Source of the DNA: an uncultured euryarchaeote
GTDB taxonomy: Archaea; Thermoplasmatota; Poseidoniia; Poseidoniales; Poseidoniaceae
Length of the DNA: 64,000 nt
Reading direction: 5' to 3'
NCBI GenBank assembly: GCA_937899865.1
Contig: CALBRH010000025.1
Location: 1-64,000, forward strand
Shown: in pieces, positions 27,459 to 36,319 of the stretch
How the letters are laid out: each line of letters opens with the position of its first letter
Numbering within the stretch: the stretch's first letter is position 1
Position numbers and translations under genes: made by a program
The notes under the pieces: generated by a model
The model's database searches: none
Seen by the model: the letters and a program-made list of their open reading frames with translations, nothing else
Told to the model about the DNA's origin: nothing

Positions 27459-29279
27459 ATGTGTGGTATTTTTGGCTACATGGGGCCCAAACAGGCTGCC
27501 CCTATTCTGTTAGAAGGGCTTCGTAGGTTAGAATATCGTGGCTATGATTCTTCAGGTATTGCATTAAAGAATGGCGACTTTAGCATTTACAAAAAAACCG
27601 GCAAAGTTGTTGAATTACAATCAATTCTTCCTAAGAAATTGCACGGTAATCTAGGAATTGCTCATACTAGATGGGCGACTCACGGTGGAGTTACCGACCC
27701 AAATGCACATCCACATTTGTCAGAGAATGGTAAAGTTGTGATAGTTCATAATGGGATTATTGAAAACTCGCGAACCTTGAGAAATTTGTTAAAAAAGAAA
27801 GGAGTTGAATTCAATAGTGAGACTGATTCTGAGGTTATATCTCATATTTTAGAATATGAATTAAACAGGGATAATTCTCCTACTGATGCATTACGAAGGA
27901 CGCTGAGTAAGTTGGTTGGGACATGGGGTTTATGCGCAATTTTTCTTGAACATGATGTCATAATGTGCGCTAGAAACGGCTCGCCTTTGATTATCGGTCA
28001 AGGTGATGGTGAAGTATTTGTTTCAAGCGATCCTCACGCTTTGGCAACTCACACTCAAAAGGTTGTGTTCATGGAAGATGGTGATATAGCAACTTTGACT
28101 CGTAATGAAATCACAATGTCCAATATACATGGGGACTCTTTTGATACAGATATTACCGTAATTGAGGAAGAATGGAAAGAAGCAGAGCTTGGAGAATTTG
28201 AGCATTACATGTTGAAAGAAATTTATGAACAACCAGATTCATTACGTCAATGTATCAATGGAAGGCTTGACAGAATAAGAGGAAATGGTAGATTAGGTGG
28301 ATTGAAATTAACTCCACTTGAATTGTCTAAATTACCACATGTTAGGTTGTTAGGTTGTGGAACAGCATATCACGCAGCAGAAATTGGTGGTTTATTAATC
28401 GAATCTCTAGCTAGAATTCCATCAGTAGCCCATATTGCCAGCGAATTTAGAACTAATGAGCCAGTGATAAATCCAAACGCTTTGCACTTTGCAATATCTC
28501 AATCAGGTGAAACAGCAGATACTCTTTCTGCGTTAAAAGAAATCCAACTAAAAGGTGGTTCAGTGCACGGAATCGTTAATGTTGTTGGCTCATCTATAGC
28601 CCGTCAGTGTGGTAAAGGAGTTTACATTCATTCTGGTCCTGAACAAGCAGTAGCATCTACCAAAGCCTTCTCAAATATGATTGCAGCATTAACGATATTT
28701 TCGATACAGGTGGCGCGGTCACGTTCATTGAGTAAAGAAAAAGGTAAACAGATCATTAATGGCTTACAACAAATACCTCACTTGATTGAAGAATATCTTG
28801 CTAACCAAGGGCCAATAATGGAGGCGGTTGAATTGGTAAAGGATGCGAAAAGTGTGCTTTTCTTGGGTCGTGGCATTTCTGCTCCAGTAGCTAAAGAAGG
28901 TGCTTTGAAGTTGATGGAAGTAGCATACATACCTTGCTTAGCATATCCTGCGGGAGAGATGAAACATGGACCAATCGCCTTACTTGAAGAAGGAAGTCCA
29001 GTAATTTTCATTGTTCCCAATGACCATGTTAAGGCTAAGTCTGTTTCTGCAATACATGAGTGTAGAGCTAGAGGTGCAAAAATTATATTGATACATGAAC
29101 AAGGAGATGACATTTCTAAAGAAGGTGACATAAATATTGCAATTCCAAAAGTAAATAATTACCTTTCTCCAATCCTATCAGTGATACCACTACAATTGAT
29201 TTCATATCATACAGCACTAGCGCTTGGATGTGATGTTGACAGGCCAAGAAATCTGGCAAAATCAGTAACAGTAGAATAA
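27459..29279 (+). CDS. glmS: Glutamine--fructose-6-phosphate aminotransferase (isomerizing)
   Basis: MCGIFG N-terminal Cys, LEYRGYDS, HTRWATHG, SQSGETADT, EMKHGP, RNLAKSVTVE; AGGTG SD 5 nt before the ATG. Confidence 0.96.
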   Translation: MCGIFGYMGPKQAAPILLEGLRRLEYRGYDSSGIALKNGDFSIYKKTGKVVELQSILPKKLHGNLGIAHTRWATHGGVTDPNAHPHLSENGKVVIVHNGIIENSRTLRNLLKKKGVEFNSETDSEVISHILEYELNRDNSPTDALRRTLSKLVGTWGLCAIFLEHDVIMCARNGSPLIIGQGDGEVFVSSDPHALATHTQKVVFMEDGDIATLTRNEITMSNIHGDSFDTDITVIEEEWKEAELGEFEHYMLKEIYEQPDSLRQCINGRLDRIRGNGRLGGLKLTPLELSKLPHVRLLGCGTAYHAAEIGGLLIESLARIPSVAHIASEFRTNEPVINPNALHFAISQSGETADTLSALKEIQLKGGSVHGIVNVVGSSIARQCGKGVYIHSGPEQAVASTKAFSNMIAALTIFSIQVARSRSLSKEKGKQIINGLQQIPHLIEEYLANQGPIMEAVELVKDAKSVLFLGRGISAPVAKEGALKLMEVAYIPCLAYPAGEMKHGPIALLEEGSPVIFIVPNDHVKAKSVSAIHECRARGAKIILIHEQGDDISKEGDINIAIPKVNNYLSPILSVIPLQLISYHTALALGCDVDRPRNLAKSVTVE

Positions 29280-29999
29280 TCACAACACAGTGAATCGTTG
29301 TTCTTCAACTTTCCACTTGAACGGTTTGTAACCCAACATATGATTGGTATGACGCATTTTTATTACGCTTAATTTTCTGTTAACTTCATCTGCAGAACGC
29401 TCCATAACTAAGTGAATTACACCATCTGAGAGATAATCTTCAATTCCGTACTCGCCGAATTGTTTATGCTCTTCACCAGTCATTTCACAAATAAAGAATG
29501 AGGTCAAATCAAGTCTTCTTGCAGCTTCAAACAATCTAAAAATTTCATCACGTGGATTTTCCATTTTTGTTAGAGTAAAAAACGCTCCGAGAGAGTCAAA
29601 AACCAATAATTCAAATCCAATTGATTGACGATAAGATGTAAGTTGTTTAATCAATTGACCCATCCAGTCAACTCTGTTACTCATTCCCTGTTCATCCAAT
29701 TGAACACGTAAATCTACCAAGTCAATAATCGCAATCCGATTTCTAACTCTTGGGTCATCAACATTCATACCCATATTGCTCATATGTGCTCTAAGTGATT
29801 CTTTGCCTTGTTCAAGAGTGATATAAATTCCACTTGTTTCACCATACAAGACTGCATTATAGAGCATAGAGAATGTCAAACTTGACTTCATTGCACCAGA
29901 TGCTCCTGCGACCAAACAAATGTGGCCCTGAGGGATACCACCTTGCATATTTTCATCCAATCCTTCGATGTGTGTTGGGATTCTATCTAGTTCAGACAT
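29280..29999 (-). CDS. KaiC/RAD55-like single-domain RecA-superfamily ATPase
   Basis: IPTHIEGLDENMQGGIP, Walker A variant GASGAMKS, YITLEQ, FDSL, YLSDGVI, KMRHT. Start moved to ATG 29999; ORF track starts at 30128. Confidence 0.82.
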   Translation of the reverse strand: MSELDRIPTHIEGLDENMQGGIPQGHICLVAGASGAMKSSLTFSMLYNAVLYGETSGIYITLEQGKESLRAHMSNMGMNVDDPRVRNRIAIIDLVDLRVQLDEQGMSNRVDWMGQLIKQLTSYRQSIGFELLVFDSLGAFFTLTKMENPRDEIFRLFEAARRLDLTSFFICEMTGEEHKQFGEYGIEDYLSDGVIHLVMERSADEVNRKLSVIKMRHTNHMLGYKPFKWKVEEQRFTVL

Positions 30000-30100
30000 G
30001 CTGCCACCGTTTATCGGAATGTTATCCATCACTTGAATATGTCTAAAAATTGACAAGTCAAATAGTAAGGTTGATTGATTGGGGTAATTATTTGATTTTG

Positions 30101-30673
30101 ATGAGAGTTTGGTTGGCATCTCAATCAACCCGCAGGGCGGAAATGTTGAGGCAAATTTTCTCTAATTTGGACTGCAGAGCTATCAATTCAATTGATGAGA
30201 CTTCTTCTGCTAAAGAAGTATCTGGACAGGTTTTGGAAATATGTCAAAAGAAAGCAGCAGCAGTAGAAATTGACAATGGCTATGATTTGGTAGTCGTTAG
30301 TGATACGATGCTTCAAGACCCCGATGTTGATACTATTGCAATGGGTAAAGCCAACGATGCAATTGAAGCTGCTGCTATGCTACACCGATTATCAGGCCGT
30401 AGACATCGGGTTTGGACTGCAACAGGCCTTTTATTTGAAGGTAGATGGGAATTTCATTTGAATCAGGCAATTGTTGAATTTGATAATTTAACAGATGAAG
30501 TGTTAGTAGAATTAGTACTAAATGAGTCCTGGGTTGGTAAAGCAGGTTCATATGATTTTGCTGGAGATATGGGCGAGTTTGCAAAACTCGTTGAAGGTGA
30601 TGAAGCAACAGTGTTAGGCATTGCTGGAGATGCTATGGAGCGACTGGTAGAATTGAGTGACTATGAAACATAG
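30101..30673 (+). CDS. maf: Maf-family nucleoside triphosphate pyrophosphatase
   Basis: LASQSTRR, SDTM, MGK, LSGRRHRV.T, GKAGSY motifs. Start moved to ATG 30101. Confidence 0.88.
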   Translation: MRVWLASQSTRRAEMLRQIFSNLDCRAINSIDETSSAKEVSGQVLEICQKKAAAVEIDNGYDLVVVSDTMLQDPDVDTIAMGKANDAIEAAAMLHRLSGRRHRVWTATGLLFEGRWEFHLNQAIVEFDNLTDEVLVELVLNESWVGKAGSYDFAGDMGEFAKLVEGDEATVLGIAGDAMERLVELSDYET

Positions 30674-31950
30674 CGCTCATGATGCATGGGTATTCTGTGC
30701 CAGGTATCAAGAGATAATATCAAGTCCTTGAATAGAATTACTACCATGTAAACCATCATTGAAGTTAGTGCGAAATTTCTCATTACGAAATAAACTAAGT
30801 CGGAATCATCCCCTAATATGTTAATGCGGAAACCAATCATGAATAATGATAAAACTCCAATAAAATTGAACATTAGCATTATGTATAAATTTGAACGGCT
30901 GTGTATAGATTGGTGTAGATGATCTTTATGCAAGTAAATTCCTGAACCCCATATCGACAACATTACGTTGGAGAATATTAGAGTCACATATGATATATTG
31001 ATGAATTTTCCTTCATCAAAGTCTGGAATAATCGACATGATTGCTACAATCAAAAAATACATTTGGCCTTGACCTATCAATGCAGAATGTGGTTTACGGT
31101 TTTTTCCAATCGTATTTTGAAGCATCTTGACTGGTCTTGTAGAGATAAAAGCCCAAAAAAATGGTAAAGATTGACTGTAATTAACAATATTTTCTGTAAC
31201 TTGTCCTCGTTCATACAATAACACTGTGAAGCAATGAACTAATGCTAACACAAGATAGACTGCAACTACTGGACGAAAATCAGTAAATTTCACTAAGTTC
31301 CATGAAAGACGTCGATTGAAATGAGCAAGAATTAAGGTAAGAGATATTGTTCCCATCATGACTACAACATTGAAAGAGAAACCAAACTCGAGCAAGCCGG
31401 TTTTTTGACGGAAAATCCAACAGCCAAGAATAATTAAAGCAGATACAGGGATCATTAAAGCGGGTAAAAGTGCTATATTTCCACAATTTCTTTGGTTTTC
31501 TTTAGAGTCTAAATGAAGTTTCCAACTCGGCCATGCAATTGATATTAATCCCCAACAAAGTAACACTAATCCAATAGTTACCATTTCAAACATTGTGCTA
31601 AGATTATTAGAAAAAATTCCCCCCATTATCAATGCTTGTCCAATAAAGTTGATTACTAAATATTGGTTTGAATGTGTGTGATTAAAGGCTTGACTATCAT
31701 GTGTAATCGGGAATAAATCAAACACCATTCCAACAACCATTGACATTAGCCAGCCAAGAGAAATTAATGCAGTTAAAATAAAAGCGATTTCCAAGCGGTA
31801 ATTTTCTTGTTGGAATGAATAATCTGATTCGGTAGCAGATAGCCAAGTTACAGTTAGCATAAATGGGATTATCATTACCATTGACGATGTGAAATGAGGT
31901 ATGTAAGAACCACTCAATCCCGAGAAAGGAACTTTAAATCGGCCGGCCAC
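30661..31950 (-). CDS. Hypothetical polytopic membrane protein (about 11-12 TM)
   Basis: 429-aa ORF of alternating hydrophobic segments; no family recognised; overlaps the maf 3' end by 13 nt. Confidence 0.6.
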   Translation of the reverse strand: MAGRFKVPFSGLSGSYIPHFTSSMVMIIPFMLTVTWLSATESDYSFQQENYRLEIAFILTALISLGWLMSMVVGMVFDLFPITHDSQAFNHTHSNQYLVINFIGQALIMGGIFSNNLSTMFEMVTIGLVLLCWGLISIAWPSWKLHLDSKENQRNCGNIALLPALMIPVSALIILGCWIFRQKTGLLEFGFSFNVVVMMGTISLTLILAHFNRRLSWNLVKFTDFRPVVAVYLVLALVHCFTVLLYERGQVTENIVNYSQSLPFFWAFISTRPVKMLQNTIGKNRKPHSALIGQGQMYFLIVAIMSIIPDFDEGKFINISYVTLIFSNVMLSIWGSGIYLHKDHLHQSIHSRSNLYIMLMFNFIGVLSLFMIGFRINILGDDSDLVYFVMRNFALTSMMVYMVVILFKDLILSLDTWHRIPMHHERYVS

Positions 31951-32002
31951 ATTTAGTCGAGATTAATGCCCCTTTTAAGCAAGTTTCCGACAAAATGACA
32001 AA

Positions 32003-32593
32003 TTACATCAAAGGATTAATGCCCAAACTATAGTTGCCAACATCAACAATTACATCAGTCCCTGGAATCATCAATAACTTATCTTCTTGGTCAAGAGAAA
32101 ATACTCCTACTCCTACTTCATCAGTCATCATCTTCAAATCTCTTCGACAAGCATTTTGATGCGCATCCATGTGGACAAGTTCCCTTAAATCAACAATTAC
32201 AGTGTCACCATTAGCAATTCTTTGAGCAATGCCTCTAGTAGGTATGCGTTTCATTTCATCGGGTGAAACATAACGCAATGCCCTTGAAGGAAAGGAACGT
32301 CTAGCTTTATTTTGTACTCCTAAATCATGAAATGGTTCCCCATCAGCAGTTACTGGACCTTGCCAGTTTGGTGGGATTGGGACACGATTTTGTCTCACAT
32401 CCATTTTTGGTAATTTATCTAAAGGCTCTTGAACAGTTGCTGGTGGCTCATTGTTTAGAGTCGATTGAGATAAAGCGTTATTTTCATTGGCTTCAGGTTC
32501 CTTTGCAGCAGGTTTAGAGGCTGAATTAGTAGGTTTTTCTGCCCCATCAGGATCGGGTAAACCAAAGAAACTCCACAAACTGGGCATAATCAC
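32003..32593 (-). CDS. sepF: Cell division protein SepF (archaeal type) with low-complexity N-terminal extension
   Basis: N-terminal amphipathic segment (SLWSFFG), disordered linker, core ...IANGDTVIVDL...LMIPGTDVIVD matching the archaeal SepF pattern. Confidence 0.7.
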   Translation of the reverse strand: MIMPSLWSFFGLPDPDGAEKPTNSASKPAAKEPEANENNALSQSTLNNEPPATVQEPLDKLPKMDVRQNRVPIPPNWQGPVTADGEPFHDLGVQNKARRSFPSRALRYVSPDEMKRIPTRGIAQRIANGDTVIVDLRELVHMDAHQNACRRDLKMMTDEVGVGVFSLDQEDKLLMIPGTDVIVDVGNYSLGINPLM

Positions 32594-32596
32594 ACA

Positions 32597-35500
32597 TCAC
32601 AAGTCTAAGTCATCTAAAATATCATTCAGAGAATTGCTTGCTGATTGAGTTGTAGTATCTGTAATTGTTGGTTGACTTTGAACCGCTGGGGCTGATTGTG
32701 CAGCAAGATACTGTGCGCCATAGTACTGCCATTGTTCCATAGTCCAACCTTCTGGAAGACCAGTAGCAGGAAGTGGTGGAGATTGGCTTGCAACAGGTTC
32801 TGGTTGAGGTGCTACAACTTCTTGTGTTACAGGTTGTGGAGTGGGGTTGTATGCAGCATATGGGTCAGGTTGTGTGGCAGCTTGAGGTTGCGGTTCGTAA
32901 GAACTGTAAATGTCTGGCTGAACCGTTTCTTGTTGATATAAGCCAAACCCTGTATCGGCTCCAAGGTTATTGATTGGTTCACTAAATTGACTGGTAGTTG
33001 TACTTATGATAGTGAGGTCAGAATATTTATCGGATGTTGAACCAGAGTTTCTAGTAAATAGTAAGAATGCGGCAAGGCCAATTACGACTATTGCAAGGAT
33101 ACCAATTATCAAAGTTCCAACTCCACCAACAGAATCGGTAATTGCTTCAAGGAAACCTTCTGCAGGCTTTGCCTTCACAACAATTTCAATTGAAGTAGTA
33201 CTACTTTCACCGTCGTCGTCAGTAGCAGTCATGGTTATTGTCCATGTTCCTGGAGGTAAATCAGCAATCAACCATTCTGCACCATAGTGATCAATATCGC
33301 CGACCTTTTCACCATCAAGGTCCGAATCAAGATGATTACTATCCCATGCATAAATCAGTGACAATTTGTCAAATACTGTATCAGTAGTAGTAATACCTGA
33401 TAGAGTTAGGTTGTCTCCTTCATTCAATGCTAAGACATCAGTGCTATTGGTTATCTTAGCTCTTGGAGCAGTATTAATCACACTGACGTTGATACTTGTT
33501 GAGTCACTCGCACCATCATCGTCTGTAACGGTTGCAGTAATCCATCTAACTCCACTAGTTGGCCATGAAGCAGTCATTTCAAGCCCATTAATGTCACAGT
33601 CATTGTCAGCAACTCCATCCTCATCAGCATCACTTAAGGAATCTAAATCCCAACAGACTTCGAGATTATCAATATCTGATGCAGTGTCATCAACATCAGC
33701 AGTGAAAGTAATGTTATTGTCCTCAAAAATTGGTTGTGTAGATCCAAGTGAAGCAATTGATGGGGCCACATTTGAGATGTTCACTATTCCAGTTCTAATC
33801 TCAGACTTTTCATTATCGTTATCATATGCTACAACAGTTAGATTATGAAGTCCTGAAGTTGGCCAAGATACTGTTGTTTGTGATGAGGGCCCAACAGTTG
33901 TTATGGTCCAATTTTCATCCAAGTCAGAAGGCATCCATTCAATAATCACGGAATCTTTGTCCAAAGGAGTATCGTCTGCTACGGCTCGTAATATGACGGT
34001 TTCATCTTCGTTCAAGTTCCAGTAACCCATTTCATCAGTCGATTGGTTTTGGCCGGCTTTCCATAATTCGGGTTGGGCTAAGGTTGGAGCAACATTCAGT
34101 ACATCTAGAGTCCTAGTTATGGTGGTTATTGCCCCGTCATCATCTTCAGCAATCGCAGTTATTGTCATTGGACCTTCTTGGTTAGCAAGGAAAGTACATG
34201 TTGGCTGAGTAGTTCCTTCATTACAATTTAAGCCAGGCCAAGTAATTGTGACCTCTTGCCCGGATGGAGATATAGTGTCTACATCCCCACTATCACTAGC
34301 ATCAGCGAAGACGAATTGGTTAACCTCGATAGTTTCCGGAGCGCTCAAATTCATGTAAGGCGCACGATTTAATACGGTTGCAGAAACATCGATTATGTCA
34401 GTGTCAAGTTCATCATCGGTAACAATAACTTGTATATTCCAAGCTCTTCCGTCACTCCAGTTATATTCGATGATACAATCCTCACTGTCAACATTGTCAA
34501 TTAGTCCAGGTTGTTTTTCCACAGAGAATCGACAGGTCACCGCTCCACCATCTTCATCAAAACTTGCTGATGCATCGATAGTGACATTCTCAAAAGTATA
34601 AACTCCATCTACAACGGTTACTTGAGCAGTAGGAACTCGTCCAATAAATATCTCAACATTGGCTAAATTGTTGGTACGGTTTGAGTCTTCAGTAACTAGG
34701 TTATCAGGGTCTACTTCAATTAGCAGATTCTGAATTCCTATCGGTTCATTGGCTGGTACTTCCCAGTCTATGTCAACTCTTGATTCACCATAGGAAGGGA
34801 TTGACGGTAGAGGTTCGGTTATCACAGTACCACTTGGAGTTGTAACATCAATTGTAGTGGCAGTGGATGCAAGTAAGCCTCGGTTTTGAGTTGGAATAGA
34901 AAACGACAAAGTATCGCCAGGTAGAGCATTGTATCCAATTGATTTAGTTAGGGTTGATTCAACACCATCTCTGGTTCTAGTGACAATTATCGCATCGGTT
35001 TGAGCAATTAGATCAACCGGGGTAAGCGATAAATCAATCACGATAGTTGCAGCACCGACAATCTCTGCTTGAGGGTCCCAAACAATTAATCCGTTACTGG
35101 AAAAGTCATCACTAGAATTTGTAGTATCAACTACGTTAGATGAATTTACGATTTCTGTAGCCTGTCCATTGGCATCAGTTGTTGGATTGAGATATGTGTT
35201 AGTCATCTCATAACGTAGTTGTAGGTTAGTATTGGCCTGTGCATTACCGCTTGGCCCCCCATAATCTATGGAAATGGTTTGTTCTACATTTGGTAGAGTT
35301 GCAATTCCTTGTAAGCCAACATCAATTTCAAGGTCGCGGGTCCCTGGATTTGAATTCGGATTGACACCACTTGACCCAGCTGGCTCGTATGATTTAAGTA
35401 ACCAATCAATAGTAAATCCAGCAGCATTACTGATTCTCATCCATGAATTATATCTAACGTCAGGACAATACCAATTGAATCCTTGACTCACTCCAGTAAC

Positions 35501-36274
35501 GTTCCACTCGTTTATTTTGTATGAATCGTCGCATCCCGAATAACCAATATTGATGCCATCTTCGGTTGGAATTCCTTGAGCAGTAATTTGCCAACTGTTG
35601 TTTTCAGGCCCTGCCGTGTCAAATTCTGAGGGATCAAAATAATCAGAAGAACCGGAAACAGAGGTAGAAGCAAAGAATTCCATGTACCATTGATCACCTG
35701 TGTGTAGTGGGAAATCATACTTTTCTTTGGGTGGATTGTAAGATGTGTCAAAAGAAATTTCTGCTATATCTTGTTCTAAGAAGCCAAAATTAAACGGTCG
35801 AAATTTAACATCGAGAGTAAATTCAGAATTGATTACAGCCATATCACGAACTCGTATAACATCTTCACCACTATAACCTATGTCGAGACGACCACTAACG
35901 CCTTCTAAAGTCGCACCACTATTTCCAGAGGTAAAGTCTCCTTCAATTTCCATCCTGTAGGCTAATGTTTGGACGTTATTGACATTGATGAAGAAGATAT
36001 CCTTAACTTCGTAAACAGTATCTCCTGTCAAGGTGTTGAGAGATGCAGCAACATTAGCTTGTTGAATCAGTTGTTGAACATCAAACTGAGTTTCATAGGT
36101 ATATTTGTCACCAATTCGCCATGTAGGGACATCAGGCCAACCATTTAGTGTGCCACTTTCACTTATTGTTGGAGTATCAGTTAGGCTGTTTTGTTTTGAG
36201 TCATTGAGGCTAGCCAATGGCGCAATAAACATAATTGAAATTAGAAGTATAGCCAAGCAGCGTTGCTTAAACAT
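32597..36274 (-). CDS. Large single-pass surface protein with CARDB and PKD-like repeats (paralog B)
   Basis: Signal peptide, CARDB-like region (VDPDNLVTEDSNRTNN), repeated (V/A)TDDDG PKD motifs, DxDxDG Ca-binding motifs, C-terminal TM and Pro/Gln-rich tail with GLPEGWTMEQWQYYG. Confidence 0.8.
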   Translation of the reverse strand: MFKQRCLAILLISIMFIAPLASLNDSKQNSLTDTPTISESGTLNGWPDVPTWRIGDKYTYETQFDVQQLIQQANVAASLNTLTGDTVYEVKDIFFINVNNVQTLAYRMEIEGDFTSGNSGATLEGVSGRLDIGYSGEDVIRVRDMAVINSEFTLDVKFRPFNFGFLEQDIAEISFDTSYNPPKEKYDFPLHTGDQWYMEFFASTSVSGSSDYFDPSEFDTAGPENNSWQITAQGIPTEDGINIGYSGCDDSYKINEWNVTGVSQGFNWYCPDVRYNSWMRISNAAGFTIDWLLKSYEPAGSSGVNPNSNPGTRDLEIDVGLQGIATLPNVEQTISIDYGGPSGNAQANTNLQLRYEMTNTYLNPTTDANGQATEIVNSSNVVDTTNSSDDFSSNGLIVWDPQAEIVGAATIVIDLSLTPVDLIAQTDAIIVTRTRDGVESTLTKSIGYNALPGDTLSFSIPTQNRGLLASTATTIDVTTPSGTVITEPLPSIPSYGESRVDIDWEVPANEPIGIQNLLIEVDPDNLVTEDSNRTNNLANVEIFIGRVPTAQVTVVDGVYTFENVTIDASASFDEDGGAVTCRFSVEKQPGLIDNVDSEDCIIEYNWSDGRAWNIQVIVTDDELDTDIIDVSATVLNRAPYMNLSAPETIEVNQFVFADASDSGDVDTISPSGQEVTITWPGLNCNEGTTQPTCTFLANQEGPMTITAIAEDDDGAITTITRTLDVLNVAPTLAQPELWKAGQNQSTDEMGYWNLNEDETVILRAVADDTPLDKDSVIIEWMPSDLDENWTITTVGPSSQTTVSWPTSGLHNLTVVAYDNDNEKSEIRTGIVNISNVAPSIASLGSTQPIFEDNNITFTADVDDTASDIDNLEVCWDLDSLSDADEDGVADNDCDINGLEMTASWPTSGVRWITATVTDDDGASDSTSINVSVINTAPRAKITNSTDVLALNEGDNLTLSGITTTDTVFDKLSLIYAWDSNHLDSDLDGEKVGDIDHYGAEWLIADLPPGTWTITMTATDDDGESSTTSIEIVVKAKPAEGFLEAITDSVGGVGTLIIGILAIVVIGLAAFLLFTRNSGSTSDKYSDLTIISTTTSQFSEPINNLGADTGFGLYQQETVQPDIYSSYEPQPQAATQPDPYAAYNPTPQPVTQEVVAPQPEPVASQSPPLPATGLPEGWTMEQWQYYGAQYLAAQSAPAVQSQPTITDTTTQSASNSLNDILDDLDL

Positions 36275-36319
36275 GGTTATCCGAAGAAGTCCTATTACTT
36301 GAGAGAGTCGTTATTTAGT

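Noticed and set aside
30000-30128. Apparent head-to-head overlap of the KaiC-like and Maf ORFs in the track
   Set aside because: It disappears when starts are placed at ATG 29999 and ATG 30101, where the family motifs begin.
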